Part shown: one piece after another, positions 13,222-27,349 of the stretch
How positions within the stretch are numbered: the first letter of the stretch is position 1
Layout: every line of letters starts with the position of its first letter
NCBI GenBank assembly: GCA_036785375.1
Contig: JAWMAR010000709.1
Location: 62,001-126,000, forward strand
Reading direction: 5' to 3'
DNA length: 64,000 nt
Origin: Leucoraja ocellata
Lineage: Eukaryota
Made by a program: the position numbers and the translations under genes
Notes under the pieces: model-generated
The model's database searches: none
The model's input: the letters and a program-made list of their open reading frames with translations, nothing else
Told to the model about the DNA's origin: nothing

Positions 13222-16200
13222 TTTGTAGAAATATTAATAACTTATAAACTAATTATTTTAATAATCTAATTCTGAAGAAGTAAAACCACTTTAAAGGGAG
13301 CAGTATATATAATACTACGAAAAAACAAAGTATAGGTAGTAACATTGGAATACGAAGCAAGCAGAAAGAGAAGCAAATTGTTGCCAGGTCTCGCATCTTC
13401 CTATAATTTGTATCATATAATATTAAATAGCCCATGGCAGTACTGAATAATCCAAGTGGTAAAACTTGTAGCAATATTAACGATTCCAAATTGCACCTAT
13501 TCTCTGCAGCAATAAATTGTAGCGTTCAACAACAAGTTAATATTAACGTTCTACGGAAGTACAAATAGAAAACTGAGGTAAGCAAAATTATTTGCTATCT
13601 TCCCTGTATACTCCCTTTTCACACAAGTTATTTGTTCTACTTTCATTTAGCTTTAAAATTCCACAATATACTGTTGATAACTCAGTCTATCCATTATATA
13701 TTCACCTATGCTATTGGGTAATTTCAGCCTATACTCTCAGATATACAAAATATTTTGCTCCATGAATCAAAAGATTTATTTCAATTCGTATTGAGAAACT
13801 GTTCAGTTTGCAGTCATCTACTCATTGGAAAAATATCACAAAAGATACATTCTGTGGGATTCTACTCCACAAGGGCTGACTATGAAGATTGTTACACATA
13901 AATTAGTTAATGGAGTGTAGTTATTTCTGTCAAAATGTCATTGCAGCATTTAAGAGCATTCCTTTAAGAGTGACAGTCCTTCAGGAAGAAATCTCTATTT
14001 TCTGAGACCAGAAGTGATGCCTGGAAGGTGGTTCTGCTAAATGGACAATGAAGAGAAGCATTACTGTTTTCTTCCCTCTTCTTGTTGATCCTATGTCTTT
14101 TCACCACCAAAGCAGCAAGTTTAAACTTCTGATTCTTGGTCTTTACTCATTGGTGAATCTCAGCAAATTAAAATCAGAAGCCTTAAAAGTGGCTTCAGTG
14201 TCCTTGGCTTAGTAAATGATGTGGATGAAAGTAACTCCAATATTATTCTTTGGAATCCACCCAGTTTCAATTTTTTTTTAATGGAACGGATACTACAGGA
14301 AAAATCAAAATAAGGTTTAAATGGGAGACTATTTTAATAATTGGCGGTAGTACTTTATCATGACTGAAAAAATACACATGGCTTTGATTTCTAGGGACCA
14401 AACTCTGAAACAAAATAACTTTAGCACTTTTCTTGCTGATTTGTCAGGTCAGGCAAGTGCTCGCTCACCTCCAAGGTGGCCCAGCTGTAGACTTCTTCCA
14501 TTCAGCTAACATTCCCAAATATTGCTATATTATTTACACTTAATAACAGCAGTCTCACATCATTAAGCAGCAACTTCAAATATTCAGACAAAAACAAACA
14601 TTTTGAATGCTGTCCTCCCTCGATTTCACAACCACTTCCAAATGTAAATTTTGAGGAACATTACAACCTTGAAACAGTGAAATAATTATAATTATTCAAC
14701 CTAAAAGTACAAATACAGGTACACAAATACTTGGCAGAACCTCTTTTAAACAGCATCCTGCCGTTTTGGGTGATCACAAAATTGTGCTAATGACCTACCT
14801 CTGTGTAGTTAAAAGTATTCTGTTAAACCAAGATACATTTCTTATTATTTCAAGATAGCAGTATGGCAGTAATGTTGGTAAACCATTCTAGACCTAACTT
14901 TATGGTGTCATCAGAGCTCTGTCCATCAGTTCGTAAAATGATCTAACGTATGGAGCTTTCTAAACATCCCCAGATATATAAACAGCTGTTATTGTACTCC
15001 AGGAAGAAAACTAACATGGTTACTACAGAAAACACATTTTTACAAAAATCTTAAATTTGAGCCTTGAATCTTGAGACATAATTACATGGGATCATTTTTT
15101 TTACCTTTAAAGAAGTGAATTAGTGATGAATTTCACTTAACCAGAATTTTTCTCTGAAGCCGACTCCAAAAATATGGCTCATCATTAGCTTATATTTATT
15201 GATTGCAAGCATGGCGAAGTGGAATTGGCAGTGCCTACATCCCTGTCATCACGGCTGCTTTCAAAACAGACTCTGTAGCTTCCTTTACTATCACAGTATT
15301 TCACATTAGTCGACAAAACGTTAATACAAACATAATTTAATCATAACAAGATGTCAGTAAACTTTACAATGTAGCTTCTAAATGTATAGAGTGCATGCAC
15401 GAAGACATACTAATTATAAAAGTTAATAAAAACTAGAAAATCCACTCTGTCACAACCCGCATGATGCCATAATTCACAAAAAGAGTTCTATATGTAACAA
15501 TTAAATATTATCCGTAACTTCAACAAATAGTCCTATTTCCGTAATTTAATTAAACCTCGAGCTATCTATTGCAAAATATTTAGTGTGTAGTCAGCAGTTC
15601 CGTTAATATCAGTTTGCTTTAATCTTGAAGGATGTAGAAGTGTAGATCTGTATAATTGGACTTCAAAACAGCTGCACCTGCATCATAGAGTTAAAGCTAA
15701 CTCTATAAAGTTTAGAAAGGTAGAGGAACTTGGTATTTTAGCTAACATTTGAAGTTCCTGATGTTTTAAGGTCCATCACTAAAACAAAACAAAACACATC
15801 TCGATCAGATCATTAACATACAAATATAACTAAATCAAAAATCAAACTGATCTAGATTTTTTTAAATTACTGGTATTTTCTAAGGGTGGAATTTCCTGTG
15901 TTAGATGAAGCAATTATCCTAACACAATTAGTACTTTCTTCGGGAAAGTTCATGTTACAACCCAGAATGTAATAGAATGAATGTCAGGGGAGGGGGTGGG
16001 ACAGAGATCGAATGTAGGCGGAGACAATAAGACTGGTGGGCGACTTGTAATGGGAAGGGGATGGAGAGAGAGGGAAAACAAGGGCTATCTGAAAGAGTAT
16101 TTAAAATAAATTACAAGAAAATAGATAGAGCTAAGTGACAAAACTAGTGGCAAAAGGATTGACTAATACTTTTGCAACATTGAAAATATTAATCTAACAG

Positions 16201-16930
16201 CAGTCCTAGATGTAATGGTGAACCTTAAAGGTTCTCAAATGTAAGGATGAGCTCGACGAGCCACAACACACAACACAAAATAAAAATGGAACCGTAAACA
16301 GATATTTATATTCTACTCATCCATTGAGAATTTGTGAATCAGGGGCAATGCTAAATAACTTCACGGTATGAAGTTTTTACAAAGTGCAACTATTAAGTCA
16401 TATAATCTAGCACAATCTTTTATCCCTGATGTTATTTTGTCAACAGTTGTACTTCTACACTTAAGACCACTGGGAAGTTACTTTTGTTTTCACACTTCAT
16501 TACTCAAAAAACGTCTTGACTGCTTATAACTGATATTTGAATGTTATATAAAAAGCATAAGCGGAAATCCGATACCATATTTCGAATAAAGATGTCATTT
16601 TAGAGACTCTACAAAGTATTCCATAAGGATTTTGGCAATTCTAACATTTCATATTCGCACACATTTCAATGTATTTTCTGAAAGCGATACAAAAAGAGGT
16701 AATGGGCATCGACTTTTCCCTTGGGCCTCTCTACTGGAGCAATCTGAATGAAGAGGGTGATATGTTGCTTTAGTAAAATGCTGACTTTTACTAAAAAAAG
16801 ACAAGAACCACCTTTGTAAACTTCCAATTGCTGGTGCGAGCAAATGAATAACAGAAAATGGAACAATTCAAGTAATAACTATAATGACATAGACAGCAAC
16901 CAATGTTGATTATACTTTCACTTTCTGTGC

Positions 16931-17070
16931 CTACCTGTTGTCTAAGCTGCTAACTATCTCTTGCACCTTCTTCACAAGCTTCTCGTTCTGCTGAGGGTCG
17001 TTGTCTATGATACTATGAAGTTTTGTCATATAGGAATCAATCGTGTCAATTGTCAAGCTTTCTCCACTTC
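16931..17070 (-). CDS. HMG20B: HMG20 C-terminal coding exon
   Basis: ttcttag|GSGESLTIDTIDSYMTKLHSIIDNDPQQNEKLVKKVQEIVSSLDNR*. The stop TAG overlaps a possible AG|gtagg donor at 16935/16934, so a further short exon cannot be excluded. Confidence 0.9.
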
Positions 17071-17469
17071 CTAAGAATTGAGGAAAGAACAAGAAATGTT
17101 TTGCTGCACTTTAATTGAAAATCACACTAATCCTAAAATATTATATATAATTGGTATAGCTTTACATAAACATTTTCTCCACCAATTTTCACCATCCTGT
17201 ATATGTATCTTTTCCCATGAGTAACATCTTAACATTTAACATTTAACATATTGGGTAAAAAGTAAAACTCTCACATGATTATAGCAGCATTTGATAAATC
17301 TTTAAAGTATAATAGTCAGAATCATACAGCATGGAAACAGGCCCTTCGGCCCAACTTGCCCATACCAAACAGCATGGGCCATCTACACTAGTCCCACCTG
17401 CCTGGGGTTGACCCATAACCCTCTAAACCTATCCTATCCATTGTGCAAATGTCTATTAGATGTTATATT

Positions 17470-20400
17470 ACCTGGGTAGTTCTACACGGGTGGGTTTAAA
17501 CTAGATTGGCAGGGGTTGGGATCTCATACAGGTCAGAGGCAGTTGAGAGGTTAACAGTTGGTATAAAGGGTGGTGAGCGACAGGTTGGAGGTCAGAATAG
17601 GCAGGAGAAAGGAGGAGAGTGAGGAAGGAAGGTTGGTTTAAACTGCAAGTATTTTAATGCAAGGGACCAGACGGGTAAGGCAAATGAGCTTAGGGCATGG
17701 ACAGGTATGTGCGACTGGGATGATGTAGCCATTACTGAAACCTGGTCAAGAGAGGGACAGGACTGTCAGCTCAATGTTTTGGGATAGAGGTGCTTCGGGA
17801 GAGACAGGGGTGATGATAAAAGAGGGGTGGGTTACATCATTGGTTAAGGAGAATGTCACGGCAGTAGTCAGAGGTGACATTACAGACGGTTCATCTAGTG
17901 AGGCTATATGGGTGGAACAAGAAAGGGATGATCACCTTGTCGGGGGTGTACTATAGACCCCCAAATAGTCAACGGGAACAGATGTGCCAGGAGATTGATG
18001 ACAGCTGCAAGTCAAATAAAGTTGTTATAGTAGGGGATTTTAACTTTCCCAGTATTGACTAGGAAAATAATAGTGTGAAAGGTTTAGATGGGGTGCAGTT
18101 TCTCAAAGGTGTTTGGGAAAGTTTTTGCAACAATATGTAGAGGGCCCCACATGTGAGAGGGTGACACTTGATCTAGACTTGGGAAATTGGAAAGGGCAAG
18201 TGAATGAGGTCATCGCGGAGAAGTCTTTTGAGACCAGTTCCCACTGTTTGATTAGGTTATAGATAGGGACGGAGAGGGCTCACGTGTTAAAAAGCAATAT
18301 AGGGATAAGGCCAACTTTCAGGGTATGAGAGAAAGTCTCGCTCAAGTTGATAGGAGCAGGTTGTTTGAGGGGAACAAATCATCAGCCAAGTGGGATGTTT
18401 TTAAAAGTGTGATGACAAAAGCTCAGCATATGCACGTCCCTGTTAGTAGGGATGTTACAAAACTTACCTTCAGCAGCGCTGCAGTTCTGTCACTGGCCGT
18501 GTACGCGACTTTGGCGCCTTTGAAGGGAGAGGGGCGGGATTAAAATGCCGTTGTCTCCTACCTGTCGGAGATATATTTTCTCGGGATACTACCTAATTCT
18601 GAATAATCGTTCCGACTGCCGTTCTGTGAATTTTGTTTTTAAACCACGGGACAATTTAATCGCTGGAGTAAAATAAAAATGCTACTTCTAACACCGACAA
18701 CGGGACGGATCTCCCGTACGGGACAAAACATAAGGTAAGTTGTTTATTTTACATATAAACTTGCTTCTTAGGATTACTTTAATCAAACTTTCATCAACGA
18801 AAATGTGATTATGTAAATATACAAACCGGCAGTGTTTTTCTTGCCGATATGGGGTTTAAATTCACCTCAAACCGCAACTTTCCAATCGATCGCGTTCCAC
18901 AAAATCTCACTCGCAAGATGATTAAAAGGGCCATTAATTTATGGGAATTAAACACTAAATTCCTTCCATTTGGCCTATAAATTCATGACAATGAGATTTA
19001 AAAATCATGTTATATTGTGAATTCTTGTGTGAATGCTATTTGGACACTTAGGCTATTTAAAAATGTTAATCTTTCCTTAAGAAATGGATAGGTGTTTAGA
19101 TCTAGTAATTGAATTGTGTAATTAGCTACAATTAGGTAACTAACTAATTATATGTTTTAATTTCAGGTCATCCATGTAAGATTGTTTCATATTTGTTTCA
19201 GAATGCTTCAATCTATAATAACTGAACATTTCATTCAGTTCTCTTAATTTTTAAGAAAGTTATGGGTTTTGACTGACCTCAATCACAGCTTTTGAGTTAA
19301 GTCAATGGAAAAGCAATAGGGAACAAGATGCTAATTTCAGAGTATGAAAATGGCCATAACTTTTTTAATACTGAAGATATGAAAGTGAATTAGGTGTCAA
19401 ATTAAACTTATTTTTGTGCTTTTTCTGATGGGTTAAATTGCAGACTTGATTTTTAAAATCTCAAAATTTTGTAACATTGCTACTGTTAAAGTGAAGGGCA
19501 AGGCAGGCAAACGTAAGCTGATGAGAGAAATAGAGGCATTGGTTAAGATCAAGCATAGGAAAAAAGTACAAAAGGGCAAAAAGGGGTCATGAGATAGTTC
19601 TGGCAAATAGCATTAAGGACAACCCCAAGAGATTTTATAAATACATAAGGGGGGGGAAAAGGGTAACTAGAGAGTGGGCCCCCTCAGGAATCAAAGCAGT
19701 CACCTCTGTGGAGCCACAGGAGATGGGCAAGGTCCTCAATGAGTATTTCTCCTGTGTATTTACCGAAGAGAAAGACAGGAGGACGGCAGAACTTGGGACA
19801 GTCAATGGAAGTGACTTGAGAGCAGTCAGTGTTATGGTCAAAGAGGTGCTGAAGGTACTAACGTGTATGAAGCTAGACAAATCTCCAGGGCCTGATCAGA
19901 TATATCCGAGGACATTGTGGGAAACCAGGGGAAATTGCGGGAGCCCTGTTTGAAATTTATGAGTTGTCTTTAAATGCAGGAGAGCTGCCAGAAGAATGGA
20001 GGTGCCTTTATTGAAGAAGGATTGCTGGGAAAATGCTGGGAACTATCGGCCAGTGAGCTGAACATCTGTAGCTGGAAAGTTACGACAGGTTATTCTGAGG
20101 GATAGGATATACAGGCATCCTTCAGAATAGTCTCTGATTATGGATAGTCAGCATGGTTTTGTATATGGGAAGTCGTGTCTCACAAATCTGATTGAGTTTT
20201 TTGAAGACGTGACCAAAAAGGTTGATGAGGGCAGAGGTGTAGAGTTGTATATATGGACTTCAGTAATGTATTCTGTTGGGCATGGTAGGCTGCTCTGGAA
20301 GGTTAGATCGCATGAGATCCAAGGAGAGATAGCCGAATGGATAGAAAATTGGCTTCATGGAAGGAAGCAGAGAGTGATGGTTGCTTCTCGGACTGGAGGC

Positions 20401-20520
20401 CTGCAACTAGTGGTGTGCTACAGGGTTCGGTGCTGAGCCCATTACCGTTTGTCATCTATATCAATGATTTTGATGAGAACGTACACGGCAAGATTAGCAT
20501 GTTTGCAGAAGTTTGCAAGT
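17470..20520 (+). mobile_element. Degenerate CR1 LINE ORF2 (APE endonuclease + RT), interrupted by a MITE
   Basis: GVYYRPPNS, VGDFNFP, KSPGPDQI, QHGF...SCLTNLIEFFE and GVLQGSVL motifs across frameshifted ORFs. Confidence 0.9.
18447..19482. mobile_element. ~1-kb non-autonomous TIR transposon (TAG termini, hAT-like)
   Basis: tagggatgttacaaaa...ttttgtaacattgcta TIR with flanking ctgtta duplicated; second copy at 63395. Confidence 0.8.
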
Positions 20521-20887
20521 AATCCTTGCATCCCTTCTCTCATCGTCCCTCCCCCATCCTAGTCGTTGTACTAGTTTCACTGTTGGCCTGGAGAGTTTCA
20601 TTGTCTGAGTAACTCATTATCCCTAACCCACAGCCAACAATGAGCTGTTTCATTGTCGTTGCTTTTTTGCACATCTTTCATACATTTGTTCCACCTCTCT
20701 CTATATCACTGTCTACATCTCTCATTTCCCTTTCCCTTAACTCTCAATCTGAAGAAGGTCTCGACCCGAACCATCACCTATTCCTTTTCTCCACAGATGC
20801 TGCCTGACACATTGAGTGACTACAGCTTTTTGAGTCTAGCTTTCTGATAAACTTTGTCTGTTTCGCCTCATGATTTTGACATCTCTG

Positions 20888-22445
20888 CAGTGCATGCAGA
20901 AAGTATTCAGACCCCTTCACTTTTTCAACATTTTGTTGTTACAGCCTTTTTTTTAAATGGATTTAATTCATGTTTTTTTATCATCAATCTACACACAATA
21001 CCACAGAATGAAGAAGCGAAAAACAGGTGTTTAGAAATATTTGCAAAGTAATTCAAAATAAATAACTGAAATATAGCACATTTAAATAAGTATTCAGACC
21101 CTTTGCTTTGACACTCAGGTTCATCCTATATTTGCTATATTTAAGAGGGAGTTACATGTGGCCCTTGTGGCTAAAGGGATCAGGGGGTATGGAAAGAAGG
21201 CAGGTACGGGATACTGTTGGATGATCTGCCATGATCATATTGAATGGCGGTGCAGGCTCGAAGGGCCGAGTGGCCTACTCCTGCACCTATTTTCTATGTT
21301 TCTATTCTGTTTCCATTGATTATCCTTGAGATGTTTCTACAACTTGATTGGAGTCCACCAGTGGTAAATTAAATTGATTGGACATGATTTAGAAAGGCAC
21401 ACACCTCTCTATACAAGGTCCAACAGTTGACAGTGCAAAAACCAAGCCATGAAGATGAAGGAATTGTCTGTACACCTCCAAGCCAGGATTGTGTTGAGAC
21501 ACAGATCTGGGGAAGGGTGTAAAACAATTTATTCAGCATTGCATGTCCCGAAGAGCACAGTGACCTCTGTCATTCTTAAATGGAAGAACATTGTAACCAC
21601 CAGGATTTGTCATAGAGCTGGCCACCTGTCCAAACTGAGCAATCGGGGGAGAAGGGCCTTGGTCAGGGAGGTGACCAAGAACCTGAACTGCCTAAGATCC
21701 AAAGCATACCACCTGATCTGTGAAACACAGTGGTGGGGGTGTTATGGCCTGGGCATGTATGGCGGCTGAAGGTACTGGCTCATTTATCTTCATTGATGAA
21801 ACAACTGCTAATGGTAGTAGCATAATGAATTCTGAAGTGTATAGACACATCCTATCTGCTCAATTTCAAACAAATGCCTCAATACTCATTGGCCGGCAGT
21901 TCATTCTACAGCAAGACAATGATCCCAAACATACTGCTAAGGCAACAAAGGAATTTTTCAAAGCTAAAGTCAATCACCCGATCTGAACCCAATCGAGCAT
22001 GCCTTTTATATGCTGAAGAGAAAACGGAAGGGGACTAGCCTCCAAAAGAAGCATAAGCTAAAGATGGCTGCAATACAGGCCTGTCAAAGCATCACCAGAG
22101 AAGAAACCCAGCAACTGGTGATGTCCATGAATCGCAGACTTCAAGCAGTCATTGCATGCAAAGGATATGCAACAAAATACTAAACATGACGACTTCCATT
22201 TACATGGCATTGCTGTGTCCCAAACATTATGGTGCCCTGAAATGGGGGGGGGGGGGGGCTATGTATGAAGTGCTGTGATTTCTAGATGGTGAAACCAAAA
22301 CGTATAAAAATACCCTTCATTAAAATCTGACAATGTGCACTTTAACCACACGTGATTTTTTTTCTATTACAAGTCTCAAATTGTGGAGTGCAGAGACAAA
22401 TAAATAAATTATGGGTCTTTGTCCCAAAGATTATGGAGGGCACTG
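20888..22445 (+). mobile_element. Tc1/mariner transposon remnant (composite), with CR1 3' fragment at ~21135-21305
   Basis: HTH part MKELS...RHRSGEG.KTI..AL.VPKSTV and catalytic part KHSGGGVMAWAC...FILQQDNDPKHTAK; cagtg...cactg ends. Confidence 0.88.
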
Positions 22446-22586
22446 TATTTCTACCCATGCACTGTGACAAACCAACTAATCCATCTGATGTGGTCGCTGA
22501 ATTTCCATCTCCCTGTTATTTTCTGATAGGTTGCAAAGGTATGTTGGCGGGATGGGTTGTTGATGATAGCAATAGATTCATCTGAC

Positions 22587-22802
22587 CTGGCAGTGCGGCG
22601 TCAGTGAAACCGGTTGTTAATATTTGCCGTAAGTTGTCAAGGTGCTTGTGTAGATTTGCATTTTGACTCTGTTCTTCAGCCAGCTCTTCCTCCAGTTTTT
22701 CTTTAGCACTTCTCATATTATCAATGTGCTTCTGCAGGACTGCATTCTGCTCTTCATATTCAATGTTAGTCTTTCGCAACTTTCTCAACTCTGCTTCTCG
22801 AG
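22587..22802 (-). CDS. HMG20B: HMG20 coiled-coil exon
   Basis: ttttgcag|AREAELRKLRKTNIEYEEQNAVLQKHIDNMRSAKEKLEEELAEEQSQNANLHKHLDNLRQILTTGFTDAALPG|gtcaga. 216 nt, phase 1-1. Confidence 0.93.
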
Positions 22803-25030
22803 CTGCAAAACAATTTAAAAAATACGAAAATTATTTGCATTTGAAGGTGTGGTTTCTTTTATATTGAAGATCCCAAAAAAACTGCTAGAGTACATTTTTC
22901 CACTCTTTCTGCAGGTGTGAGCAAGAGAAAGTTAATTTTGTAGATCAAGGATCTTCAATCATGGAGCTTTGATGAAAGAGCAGTGGGCGAAACATTAACT
23001 CGCTAGCTGCTGCTCATCTCAGTATCTTGCAATTCGGTATTTTGCTCTTAGTGTCTGTCATTTTTATCTAATGTTATGATCACAACTGCCTAGATAATAT
23101 CTCAGATAATCTAGATAATATCTAGATAACATCAAAGATCAATATCTTTGGACAAATATCAAATACCTATGCATTATTACTGTATCAAGTATAACAACCT
23201 GATTTTTAATTTTGCATAAAAGGAAAAAATGGAAAATGCCTGGCAGTATCCAAAAGATAAATTACACATGAACAGTTTAAGATAAACAGAATGTTTATTG
23301 CTGTTTACCTAAAAAAGGGAACACAAGGTTATTTGTAATGTTGTTTACAGGAGGCTTATTTTCCACACCCTCCCATTTCCAGTCTTACTTGATACTCGCT
23401 TTCACACCAGACTCAACAAAAACTTCAGTGATTCTTTTTATTTCTCTGCTCTGCTGCAGTTTGAATAGGACTTGTCTGATGAGCAAAACGTTTGCTCTAC
23501 TTACTGAGGTTACTGTCAATATAGAATGAGCCTAGCAGTATCTGGAGAGTGATGGCAATGGCCTTGCTTTAACAAAACTCACTAAGGGAAAGTGGGAATC
23601 TAAGCCAGGTGGTTAGCTGGAATATTTTCATCTTCTTGCAAACTAGAAAACCTTGTGTTTATTTCGGATGCCATAGGATTCCACCTTTTTTTCCCTTTTA
23701 ATTTTTCGCCAATTTACACTTTTGCCGTTTTCTTGCTTCAACTTCTTTCACGTGGCATGCACAGCCTAAAGTTGTTGGACAACTTGTTCTATTTGATCTT
23801 CCGTTTGTGCACGTCGAGTTGATTGCATTAGTCGAAACAGGGCGTACAACATGAAAGCGCTTTAATATCAGTCATCAGTTGCAGACCAATCAATCCATTC
23901 ATTTTCCATCCCCTAGGTATAGATCACTTGCCTTTACCTCTGATTACCTTGCAAATCCACTAAAGTGCTACTTCAATTTTCAGTTCAGACAACAAATAAT
24001 GGACATTATGTATGCAATCAGCATTCCTTAATGTTTTTATAGTTAAAATGTGTTCTTTCTTGTTATACCTTTGTTAATTATACAATACCAAAGTTCGTCG
24101 TTTTGATCAGCATATTAAGTAGCCTTTGTTCACTTTGCCATAAACACTGTGTGATTTAAGATAGATGCACATCAGTGGCTTCGTTGTTTTACATCCTATT
24201 ATGCATATTAATTTTTTTACATTCATATTTCATGCAAGTGATCTTCATAAGCTAATATTTCCAATATCATGGCACTGATTAATACTGACAACTTTTCAGA
24301 ACCATCCAACACATCTATTTTGTACTAAAAAGATCTTAATAAAATGTTCATGGAACACACAATTTAATAAATGCATTTAAATTGTCACAATTATCCAAAC
24401 GAAAACTGCAAGGTCTCCAAGCCCATCATGTTGTTTTGGATTTTCCAATAACAAAAGGGCATCTAAAATCTATAACCATTTATAATCAATGTCTTTTGCA
24501 TTATAGTTTCATCCGATTCCCTAAAACACAAGTTCAAAATAAACAATGACCTGTTCCTATAAATCTCTCACAAATCTAAATCATGCCTTCACTGATTACA
24601 TCTATTCACAATTCATCTATTCACTTAATTTTAAGATTTGAACATTGTGTTGAAATCCTTCCATTGCATCACAACACTCCAGATTTTTAATCTCCTCCTT
24701 ACTACGTCTTATTTTCACCTTTGTTCCTCTGAAGTTAACCTGTTGCATTCCTCCTGCATTCACGGCATAATTCACAGCCAATGAGATCCCACTCTGTATC
24801 TTAATTCTATCCCTCAACCTTCAACTCTCCAGGTTCCATTACTTCTTCACAACCACCTTTAAAAGGCATATTTTTGACCTTCTTCCTTGACTCAATATTC
24901 ATTATCCTAAAAACTTAATTACATTTCTCAATTACATCAGCAGATATACAAATTCAAAAGTGGATTTTTTTGTACAAATTTAAATCATACAAGTACACAG
25001 GTTTAAAGTAAAATATTATTGATTCCCTAC

Positions 25031-25109
25031 CTTTGTTATGATCAAGAAATTCTTCTGTAAATATTGGAATATTAAACATAGACATTTTCCCTTGCTGTTC
25101 GTTGTTCTT
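25031..25109 (-). CDS. HMG20B: HMG20 exon preceding the coiled coil
   Basis: ttttctcag|KNNEQQGKMSMFNIPIFTEEFLDHNK|gtaggg. Carries the conserved F.IPIFTEEFL.(H/Q)NK motif; 79 nt, phase 0 to 1. Confidence 0.92.
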
Positions 25110-25848
25110 CTGAGAAAATAAAATGATAAACTGAATTAAAGATGAGAGCCTTTAAATAATGCCTATTAAATCTATTGGATTTTGCCGATTCATACTGCTA
25201 AGCAAGACTGAACTAAACAGAAGCCTATACCACTTTCAGAATTTTTATGTTTTTTTTTTTACGTACTTCTGGTGCAACAACTTCATGTAAAAGCAGTCTT
25301 CAACCAAATAGCACCAGCAATGTGGTTCGGCTGTTTTGCAGTTTATTTCATGGTCAATGAGGGAGCCTATCTGGATGGACAGAACACTAAATTAAATGCT
25401 ACAATTTTGTATATTAGCTGAGACACCTAGACTTGTGGCTGTTTGGACCCTTCCTCTCCAACTGAAACATACTTGTGTTATAGAGCCACCTGGTGTCACT
25501 TTCCTACGCTGCAATGTAAATTAAATATTTTTATGGAAACAGCTGCTGAAATTGTATCTGCAACTTGACCGATATAATTTGGCAAATCTGAAGGCTGATT
25601 ATAATGCAAACAAAAGACACAACTGTAATAAAAAGACTGACAAAACTGAACTCCTTTTCTAAAAATAACCCAACTGCAGCATTTATTTCAATACCAAGGT
25701 GCATTCCAGAAGCTCTTACCTCAGCATGCATACCATTTGACAATGAATGAGCGGTTTCTAAAAAAAGCATAGAATGATAATTAATTGAGAAAGACAGAGT
25801 CTTGGAAAAGTATTGATCCATAAAATTTCCACCCATGTCTTACTGTAC

Positions 25849-25871
25849 CTTAGTTTTATTTTCTTTGCAAT
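25849..25871 (-). CDS. HMG20B: Candidate 23-nt linker microexon (DCKENKTK)
   Basis: Flanking exons require a phase 1 to 0 exon. tcttttcattgcacgtcag|attgcaaagaaaataaaactaag|gtacag fits. An in-frame longer version using an upstream ag (59 nt) is also possible. Confidence 0.55.
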
Positions 25872-26011
25872 CTGACGTGCAATGAAAAGATACAAATCGG
25901 TAAACATCTATTTTTAGTTTGCCACTAAGAATCCAGCTCTTAGACTGAACAAATATTCAGTCTAACACAGTAGTAGAACACAGTATAAATGATAAGAAAA
26001 AGCATAACTAC

Positions 26012-26132
26012 CTTTCCTTAGCTTCTTTTCCTGGATGCCAATTTTGCTCATTTTGCAAGCTTCAGTTCGCTGATACTCCTGCAGTTCTTTTATGTACTGT
26101 TGCTTTGCCCGCTCAGCTTCATCCAGATAGCA
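26012..26132 (-). CDS. HMG20B: HMG20B-like exon, HMG box helix 3
   Basis: ttttaag|CYLDEAERAKQQYIKELQEYQRTEACKMSKIGIQEKKLRK|gtagtt. 121 nt, phase 0 to 1. Matches HMG20B RYLDEAEREKQQYMKEL...IQEKKIKK. Confidence 0.92.
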
Positions 26133-27349
26133 CTTAAAAATTAATGTGTATTTTTAACAATATAGAGTGGAGGGAATCAGAAGTAAATAATTCCTTGCTT
26201 TAAAGGACATTTGAAGAAACATTAACATTCATGAAAATATATCATCCCAAAATAATGGCACAGACTTAGCAGTGAGCAGCAAACACTGCAAGTTAATTGC
26301 TAAAGCCAGTAAAATAATTGTAATTACATTTTGTTTTCCTCCCAGCAGATACCCAGAAAAACACACCCAGAAAAACACGGGAAGGTTCTTCATCAATTAA
26401 GTCTTGCGCATTGTTGCATTATTCGGATTTTACAGGGGTATCGGACGATTGTTGACAAAACTGGATCCATACAGAAAAATCTGAAAACCCCATACAGAAA
26501 AATCTGAAAATATTGATGGCAGGGCTCGAAATTAACGGTTACCCGGGTGCCAATGACCACCCAAAGTTTGCAGATACTAGTTTATACCGAAGATAGACAC
26601 AAAAAACTGGAGTAACTCAGTGGGTCAGGCAGCATCTCTGGAGAAAAGGAACGTGAGGTTTCGTGTCTACGGCGGTTGTATTGCGGGGCAAAGATATTAG
26701 GTGCGTGGTGACGAAGGGTCGGAGCAAATGACGGGCCCCGCACAGCGGCTCCATCTCCTCTTCCTTCCGCACCCCGCCCACCCTGATAGCGGCCGCTGCT
26801 AGCAAATCCGCTAACGGCGATAACCGCTTTCAAAATAAACCCTCTCGCACGCCGAGGCCGGGAGGATGGAGGGAGGGGGAGGCCTCCTTCCGCTATCTGA
26901 AGCATCTGCACCAAAGATCCTATAGCTATAGGATCGTTGAGCTGCACCGCTCTGCCCCGCATCTTGCTGTTGGCTGGAGATGGGGAGGCAGTGGCGAGGA
27001 GTTCACAACCGCCTCCCCCTTTGGCAGCGGCACTTGGCGGTGGACAGGGACAGCCAAGGCAGCGGGGCGCTGTTGTCCGAGGAGCGCTGACCTTCCTTCC
27101 TCCCCACTTCCCCCCTCTCTCTCTCTCTCTCTCGTACATCCCCTTCCACCCCTCTTATCCTGGGACCCTTCCTCTTCATCCCGCACTGATCCCCATTCCC
27201 GCCTCTATTCAGTCCTCACTGACATTCCCTGTGCTCCCATCCCCATCTACCCCCCCCTCAATCTATTCATCCTGCGCTGATCACCCTATCCACCTCGCAT
27301 TGATTCACCTGCCATTCCCCTTCCATCCTACACTGATACCCCAATTCAT

